64,000 nt of DNA from the human T2T-CHM13v2.0 reference genome, Homo sapiens. Under the pieces are notes generated by a model. The model was not told the DNA's origin, did no database searches, and was given only the letters and a program-made list of their open reading frames with translations. The stretch lies in the NCBI RefSeq assembly GCF_009914755.1, contig NC_060944.1. One strand, written 5' to 3'. Both the position numbers and the translations under genes were made by a program. The stretch's first letter is position 1. Each line of letters starts with the position of its first letter. Below are positions 17,413 to 64,000 of the stretch, piece by piece.

Positions 17413-17914
17413 TTAATGCTGTTCATTAAACTTTCACTAAAAGGATTATAACCTGCACTTTTACAAAAACGTATTTAATCTTTACAACAATCCTATCAGG
17501 TATATAAGCCCATTTTACAGATGAGAAACTGAGACACACTGAAGTTAAGTAACTTGTAAGAAGTGGAACTGGCCTTGATCAGAGGTAGTCTGGCTTAGAG
17601 CCCACCTTCTTCACCTGTACAACAAAGCACTCACTAGAGATTGGCCATTATCATTATCAACATTATTATTAATTATTATTATTATTATTATTCAGCCAGG
17701 AGTTAAGTTATGAAGGAACTCATATTTGAATTATGAAGGAACTCAAAATCCCACAGTCACATAAACCAGTTTCAGGATGAAATCGGCATGCCTTCCTTTT
17801 GTTCAAAGGGTTGTACAGCTAATTAGTATGTAAATCTCACTTCTTTGAATTGAACACATTTTAGAGTCATCTATTACAAAAGTGCTGCATGCTTGAAACA
17901 GAAAGCTTGCAAAA

Positions 17915-18923
17915 TCTGTAATCTCAGCACTTTGTGAGGCTGAGGCAGGAGGATCACTTGAGGCCAAGAATTCAATACCAGCCTGGGCAACATAAGGAGA
18001 CCCTGTCTCTACAAAAAAAAAAAAAACTAATTAATTAATTAATTAGCTAGGTATGGTGGTGCAAGCCTATAATCCTAGCTACTCAGGAGGCTGAGGTGTG
18101 AGGATCAAGAAGATCAAGGCTGCAGTGAGCTATGGTCATGCCACTGCACTCCAGCCTGGGTGACATAGGTAGTAGACCTGTCTCAAAAAAGAAAAGAAAG
18201 AAACAGAAAACTTGGAAAATCCAGGAAAAAAAGTCTTTAATGGATAGAGTTCTGATTCATTAAAACAATTTTTTGGTAAAAATCTATATGTGTTATTTTG
18301 AAATGAGAACAGTTACCTCCTAATCTATGTGGACTGGGAAGTAGACTTACAATACGGCATAAATTGGAGAGCTGATAAATTTGAGGATGGTAGAGACACT
18401 TGATAGAAAACAACTGTTTAGTCTTAATTAACTATGAATAACTTTGGCATTCACGTTTTGAAACTCATTCATGTTTGCTTTACATCAGATTAATTTTATT
18501 TTAAGAAAGATTTTTGTATACTCTTATCCTCTCCCTTTCATCCAAGAAATACAACCATACATCCCAAGATAGTGATCCACGAGGCAGATCTTTGGACCGC
18601 CTACGTGGTGAAAGGCCCCACCAACCTCCTATAATTCAGAGAACTTTGCCTGTAATTCCAGCACTTTGGGAGGCTGAGGCAAGAGGATCACTTGAACCAA
18701 GGAGTTTGAGATTACCCTGGGCCACATAGCAAGACCCTGTCTCTACACAAAATAAAATATAAGCCAGGTGTGCTAGCACACGTCTCTAGTCCTAGCTACT
18801 TGGGAGGCTGAGGCAGGAGGACTGTTTGAGTCCAGGAGTTCAAGGCTGCATTGAGCTATGGTCACACCACTGCACCCCAGCCTGGGTGACAGGGGAGACC
18901 CTGTCTCAAAAAAAAAAAAAAAA
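17915..18923 (+). mobile_element. Two diverged AluJ elements (about 17915-18205 and 18647-18923)
   Basis: Alu consensus with J features, 5' ends eroded. Confidence 0.85.
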
Positions 18924-19961
18924 GAACTTCATCAAGAATGCATAATAGTTATATTACTGAGCTGCCATCCAGGTCCATAGCCTCTCTCCTGAAGGGCAGT
19001 TCCAACTCGAAACCTCTTCACCAGCCTCCCACACAAGTATGCAGAGCCCACCACACCATCATAAAAACTGAACCCGGAGAAATCTGTAGAACATTAGGGC
19101 ACGCTAAGAAAATCTACAGCGTCTTTGTCTGATCCGTACCTTCGCCTCAAGAGAACCACCCACAAGTTCTCTAGTCAAACAAAGATGACATTCCATCCAC
19201 CCCCACCCCTTAGCCCCCAGCATGGTCCTTCCCAGGATGAGTTACACATTGAAGCCTGTTTTGGAAAAACTACCTCCTCTCAGTTCATTCTGGTTTAAAT
19301 TGATTTTTTTTAAAGTAATCCACTTATGCTGTTGCTTGTTTAGGAAATTAACCACTGTTGTTTTTTGTTTTTTAATCCAAAGAATATGTAATGCTTCAGA
19401 AAATGGGTTTCATGTAAGTGGCATGTTAAAAGCTTTTGTACCAACTGATGTGGGGTCTTCCTGCTGGGTTCGCAGAAACGATTCTTTGCTTAAAGGCTCA
19501 AGGAAGGGGACTGGGGGATTTTGACAATAACCAATGCTTGTGGAGTGCCTGCTGCAGTCCAGGCCTGGGCTAGGTGCTTCCACACGTGCTGTCTGATTTA
19601 ATCCTCACTGCAATGTTAGGTCTTAGAGGGATCAGGCTGGACTTGAAGGGGTCAGTGGCCCGAAAGAGCATGGTGTGAAAGCTGTCTATTTTAGGCTTTA
19701 TTTGACTGGGAGAAGTTCTGGGTCAGACAGAGGGTTGCCTCCAAGCTGTCCTCTGTGACTAAAGTCAAGACACCAGGATGGAATATTTATGGTTTATAGT
19801 AGGGCTGCATTCAGCAGGCAGCCCAGGATGAAACTGATGGCTTTTGTCTTGTCCTCACTCCAGATGTATTTCACATAAATTAATACTGAGTCACCACCAA
19901 ATTTTTTTTTCTTTTAGTTTCTTGCTCTCTGCAACCCTGGAAAAACATTTCCTACTTGGAT

Positions 19962-20335
19962 AAACTATGCAGCCATAAAAAATGATGGGTTCATGTCCTT
20001 TGTAGGGACATGGATGAAATTGGAAATCATCATTCTCAGTAAACTATCGCAAGAACAAAAAACTAAACAGCGCGTATTCTCACTCATAGGTGGGAATTGA
20101 ACAATGAGAACACATGGACACAGGAAGGGGAACATCACACTCTGGGGACTGTTGTGGGGTGTGGGGAGGGGGGAGGGATAGCTTTAGGAGATATACCTAA
20201 TGCTAAATGACGAGTTAATGGGTGCAGCACACCAGCATGGCACATGTATACATATGTAACTAACCTGCACATTGTGCACATGTACCCTAAAACTTAAAGT
20301 ATAATAATAATAAACTAAAAATTAAAAAAAAAAAA
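19962..20335 (+). mobile_element. 5'-truncated young LINE-1 (L1PA2/3-like) 3' end
   Basis: Near-consensus L1 ORF2 end and 3'UTR (catggatgaaattggaaatcatcattctcagtaaact...ggggagggggagggatagc...gtaccctaaaacttaaagtataataa) plus A tail; diagnostic gctaaatgacgagttaatggg is not the L1HS-Ta form. Confidence 0.93.
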
Positions 20336-20620
20336 GTGTTCTGACCCAGGGCAACACTGTGTTACTTGACTCCTGAGTTAGCCTTGCTTTTCTGAGGCTA
20401 TTCCAGACTTTTCTGCCTCTGTGCAACTAGTTTTTATCGTGTTTTTTGAACAGAGGTACCACCTACATAGCTTAAAACAATCTTAGGAAAATCTGAAATA
20501 ATAAGAATGCTCCAAGAGTAGGTGGGTATTCTAAAGGCTCATCATATAAACATTTGGGTGTCTTCAATCTTTAGAAAAATGTTTAATTACATGATAAGTA
20601 TTTGAATCCCTTCTCTTTTA

Positions 20621-20929
<309 letters not shown>

Positions 20930-21517
20930 TCTAGAATATTCTAGATAATACTGAAGTTCACTTTGACCATCACTTTTAATTCCTGTTCCTTCCTCTCTGC
21001 CTTCTAGAAGTAACTGCCTTTCTTTTTGTGTACAGCCTTTCAGATATGTATAAATATGTAAGTGCACATGGAAAATATAGTAACATTTTATGTGTCTCTA
21101 ATAAACGGTAATAACATACAGTACATAGTACATAATGCAATCAGAAAACTTTTTTTCACTCCAGTGTATTTTTTGATGTGTCCCTGTTAATACATGGAGA
21201 TCTGGTGCATTTCCTTCCATTGAAATTTCATTTCCCATTGTATGAATAGACCACATTTCATTTTTCAAGTCTGCTTTGAAGTGATAGCTAAATTATTCCC
21301 AATCTTTTGCTATTTACTAACAATTCTGTAATGAACATCTTCGATATGTCCCCTTGCTCATGTGTATGAGATTTTCTGTAGGATAGATAATGAAAAGTGG
21401 AATTACTGAGTATGTTGCCTGTTATTTTTAAATTGTTAATCCAAGAAATATATGCCTATAGTTTAATATTCATAGTTCTACAAAGGAATATATATGGAAA
21501 ACAGCAGTCCTCAGTGA

Positions 21518-21894
<377 letters not shown>

Positions 21895-22887
21895 TCACTC
21901 CCAAATTTCTAAGTAACATCCTTAGGTGCTACTTCTTGATTCTTTTTTTCCCCCCATTGTAGGCATGATCTCTGGCTTCCCAAAATATACTAATTGAGCT
22001 CTCTTTTCTCACCCTTGACCCCAACACACACATGCAAACTTTCTCTTCATGTCTTCCCAGTATCAGTCAATCATAACTTGAGCTTTACCAATATGCGGTA
22101 TTTGCCTTCTTACAACTATATAAATACTCTTCACAGAGAAGTCATTTGGTATGCAATAATTACTTTTCCTTCTCTGTGTGCTGGCCTGGGAGGTGACATC
22201 TTTCAGAATAAATCCTTTCAGCAAACAAGTCTGGGTGGCAGCTCCTTCTTGCTTCTTGTCCAGTACATGGAGGGTTGGTAATCAGTGATTAGGTGCACGA
22301 ATTGCTCCGTCAAAGAGGAGTGTGTGATTGTGCAGAGGTGAAATGCTTTGGATATGAGTAATGCAAAACCTTTTCCCAGGTCACACACGATTCCCTCCTA
22401 GGCCCTGAGAAGTTTGTTTTCCTCATTTGCTCTTCATTTTTCACTGAGTACCCTGCCCCATCGACTTCCAGCCAGGACCAAGAGTGCTAAGCTTTGGCTC
22501 TCGGGGCCTTGATGAAGTGTTTTGCCTAATGGCTGTGTTCCTGGGCCTGATTCTTCACAGTTGTGTGTGTGAAGCTGAGATCACCAGCTGCATTTTTTTC
22601 TTTCTTTTTTTTTAAGGGTCAAAAAGGGTTTATGTCCTTAATTATTTATTTTTATAATAGAAATAATATAGCCTCCAGTGAAAAATTTAAACAGGAAAAG
22701 GACTGTATGGAGCAAGGGGACAAGGCCCCTGTCGCTCCTCTCCCAACTCAGCCCCTTTGAGTCCTCAGAAGCAGTGTTGTTCCAGAACCAGATTACCTAT
22801 GTTCTAATCTCAGCATTTGTTAGCTTGTATGGCCTTGAACAAGTTGCCTAACCTTTGTATGCCTCCATTTTCTCATCTATAAAATGG

Positions 22888-23295
22888 GTGTTTTAGTCCA
22901 TTTAGTGTTGCTATAATAGAGTACCTGAGGCTGGATAATTTATAAAGAAAAGGGGTTTATTTGACTTATGATTCTGGGGATCGGCAAGTTCAAGATTGGG
23001 TAGCTGTACCTGGTGAGGGCCTCAAGCTGCTTCCATTCATGGTGGAAAGTGGAAGGGGAGTCAACGTGTGCAAAGATCACATGGGGAGAGAGGAAGTCAA
23101 CTCTTTTAACAACTCACACTCTTGGAAACTAATCTATTCCTGAGAGACTGAGAATTCACTGACTCTCATGGGAAGGCATTAATCTATTCATGACCCAAAC
23201 ACCTCCTACTAGGCCTTACCTCCCAACACTGCCACATTGGAGATCAAATTTCAACACGAGTTGTGACAGGAACAAACCAAATCCAAACCATAGCA
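22888..23295 (-). mobile_element. MaLR solo LTR (MST-like) inserted in a MIR
   Basis: tgttttagtccatttagtgttgctataa...tacctgaggctggataatttataaagaaaagggg...atccaaaccatagca. Confidence 0.85.
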
Positions 23296-23445
23296 ATGGA
23301 AAAATAATAGTGTTCACCTCACAGAGTTTGGTGGGGATTAAATGAGTTAATACTTATAAAGTGGCACAGAGAAAGCACTTCATAGATATTAGCCAGGAAT
23401 ATTAGCCAGGAATATTATTAACAGTGTGTTTTATATCCTCCTAGA

Positions 23446-23662
23446 CTAGTGGTTCTTAACCTTGACTGCATATTGAAATCTAGACTAGTGGTTCTTAACC
23501 TTGACTGCATATTGAAATCACCTGGGGAGCTTTAAACTTCTTGGTGCCTGGACCCTGCTGTCAGCAATTCTGATTTTATTGGTCTGGAGAGCAGCCTGGG
23601 CATCAGGATTTTTAAAGGCTTCTCAGAGCATCACAATATGTATCCAGGGGTGGAAACCATTG
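23446..23662. mobile_element. MER5A-like hAT element with duplicated left end
   Basis: agtggttcttaaccttgactgcatattgaaatcacctggggagcttt...attctgattttattggtctgg...gaaaccattg. Confidence 0.8.
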
Positions 23663-25224
23663 TGCTGCATATTTTCCATGTGTATCGGTTAGGATAGGTA
23701 AGGGCATGCTGCAGTAACAAACATCCCCAAAATCTCATCTACTTCTCATTTATGATACATGTCCATTGTGGTCAGCTGTATCTCTGATCCACATCATCTT
23801 TATTCTGGAACCCAAGCCAACAGAATATGTGTGGGCATTGGTGAACATAGCTGCCTTCCAGGCTAACAGAATAAATATCCAGAATACTTGCAGCCTTGTG
23901 AAGTGAGAAAAGAGAGTGCATGGGGAAGTGTGCACTGGCTCCTAAAAACTTCTGATCAAAAGTGAAACATAACTTTTGCCCACATATCACTGGCCAAAGC
24001 AAGTTGCATGGTCCAATTTCTAAGTAACATGCGTATGTGCTCCTTCTTGTAGCACATACAAGAAGTATGTTTTTTCAGTTGTAGGTATGATCTCTTGCTT
24101 CCCAAAATAGAAGAATTGAGCTCTCTTTTCTCACCCTTGACCCCATCACACATATGCAAACGTTCTCTTCATGTCCTCCCAATATTAATCAATCATAACC
24201 TGAATTGAACAGGGAGGGTATGTGTCAGCGGCTGGATGGTAAATATTTTAGGCTTTGTGGGACACACAGTCTACTCACCTCTGACTTTGTAGTACAGTGT
24301 AGACAATACACTGATTTTCTAAAAAAATGTAAAAACCATTCTTAACTCATTAGTCATACAAAAACAAGCAGCAGGCCAGGTATGGCGTGGGGGCTGCAGC
24401 TTGCCAACCCCTGCTACATGTCCTCCTTTTGCAGGGAGAAGCACCTCAGGGAGGGACCCCAAATATGGGTGAACAGCAGTACAGTCTACCACACTGTGTA
24501 TACAGAAAGGAGGCACTTTCATTGCACAAGTGTGCAAATTCATACGTTATGCTGTGTTGCAGCTTGCTTTTGTTACTTAGTACTGTATCTCTTGATGACA
24601 GTTTCATATCAGTAACTCCAGAATGACTTCGTTTGTATAATGGCTGCCTAGTTTTCCCTCCTATGAATGTACCATAGTGCCTTTGTGTTTGTGTGTTTTT
24701 ATCATTAACCCTCTATTGTTGGATAACAGGGATTTTTTTAAATATCAAGAGGAGGGAATAAGGCAGTGTGCCTAGAGAGATTGTTGGAGAGAGAGACTCA
24801 ACATCCCAACTCTCCCAGTAGTTTATACTGAAATCTTCCAGACCTCCCTGAAAACAAAAATGTGTTGGGGGCAACCCCTGAAAACATGCATTTGCCAGGA
24901 GGCCCTGTTTTATTACAGCCATATCATATCTGTGATAAGTGTCCTTGCAACGCTGAACACTGTTGCAATCCCAGGGTCATTTTCCAGGAGATTTAAATAC
25001 TGGAAAGGGTAAAAAGAAATGGTGAAAACTGGAAGTGAGATCCCGGAAGCTGTACAACATGATTATCACACCGGCCTCACACAGAGACTCATTTTAGGCC
25101 ACGCGTGAGCCGAGCAGATGAGGAAAAACCAAAACTGCTTTTCGGCAGTGGAATGGGACCAAAAGGGTAGCTAAGATTCCTCAGGCTCCGCGTGCATGTG
25201 ATTTTCCCCTTCTCTGCCTCGCAG

Positions 25225-63032
<37,808 letters not shown>

Positions 63033-64000
63033 GTAGGGAGAAGCCACACCTCGGCGGGGATACAGGGTTGGAGGGTGGGGTTAGCTTTCCATCCTGGGAA
63101 TGGGGTGTTTAAGGAACATGACACCACAGAAATGGATGGAGTGTGCCTATGGCCATGACTCAGATTCCCAAAACAGCCCCCATAGACCACATGCCTTAAC
63201 CTCTGCTTCTAAAGAAATTGGTTAGGACCACAGTTTTCCAAAGTGTCTGTATGAGTTCAGATACAGGCAAAGCTGCTGTAACAAACACACCCCAAATGCA
63301 AGGGCTTGCAAAAGAGTCAAAGCTGATTTCTCCCTAGTAGAACAGACAGAGGTGAGTGATCCAGGCTGGTGGGGTGACCCTGTCCTCAGAGACATCCAGA
63401 AACCCAGGTCTCTCCCGTTTTATTTTTCCACCATTTCTTATGGTTTTATTCTCATGTATGGGGTCAAATCAGAGTCCTAGCCCATCCTCATTCTAGCAGG
63501 TCTGGTATTTGAAGGCCAAGCTCAGAAGGCTATGTACATTACATTCTACTCACTTCCTGTTAGCCCCAGCTTAGTCACGTGGCCACAAGTAGCTGCCAGG
63601 GAAGCTGGGAAATGTAGTCCATAGCTGAGTGATTCATACTGTCACTCAATCTGGAATGCAGTGGCGAGATCATAGCTCACTACAGCCTCAAACTCCCAGC
63701 CTCAAGCAATCCTTCCACCTCAGCCCCCAAAGTACTGGGACTACAGGCATGAGCCACCGTGCCAAAATATTTTTAATTAGAAACCTTTTCCATTGTTTTT
63801 TCTCTAGAGCAAAAAATAAAAAAAATAAATAATTTATAGTACTTTGGCAGCATTTTCTTGGAGCAATTTTGGTTTTACTGAAGTTCTACGTCCAAACATT
63901 ATATGAAAGTGCCTTTTGATTTTAAAATTATAGTAGTAGGGGCCAAAATGGTTGTTGAAGATTTTTCAACAAGATCCTGTCTTTTCATTTTTCCCATTTT

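Noticed and set aside
23386-23519. Short direct repeats as a CRISPR-like array
   Set aside because: Only two adjacent copies with no spacers, in a primate intron.

Overview
Primate (almost certainly human) genomic DNA lying entirely inside the EYA2 gene (+ strand). Five consecutive coding exons of the C-terminal EYA/HAD tyrosine-phosphatase domain splice in frame: 25225-25314, 51235-51293, 54803-54963, 61894-62008 and 62911-63032. The intron between the last two has a non-canonical GC-AG donor. The introns carry the MIR3616 hairpin (49058-49149), an antisense processed RPS2 pseudogene with a target-site duplication, about 50 Alu copies or fragments, a young 5'-truncated L1PA, old L1M/L2/MIR pieces, MaLR/ERV1 solo LTRs, MER DNA transposons and microsatellites. 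Almost all ORFs in the supplied track are Alu read-throughs or chance ORFs. I see no convincing new gene system. The most unusual signals are (i) an old AluS-type element whose 3' end is a pristine AluYb8 sequence, suggesting partial gene conversion, (ii) the GC-AG intron joining two exons that can only be skipped together in frame, and (iii) a series of short-range, apparently templated duplications and palindromes (158, 125, 91 and 32 bp dispersed copies; 39 and about 85 bp tandems). Repeat subfamily calls and repeat boundaries are by eye and approximate.
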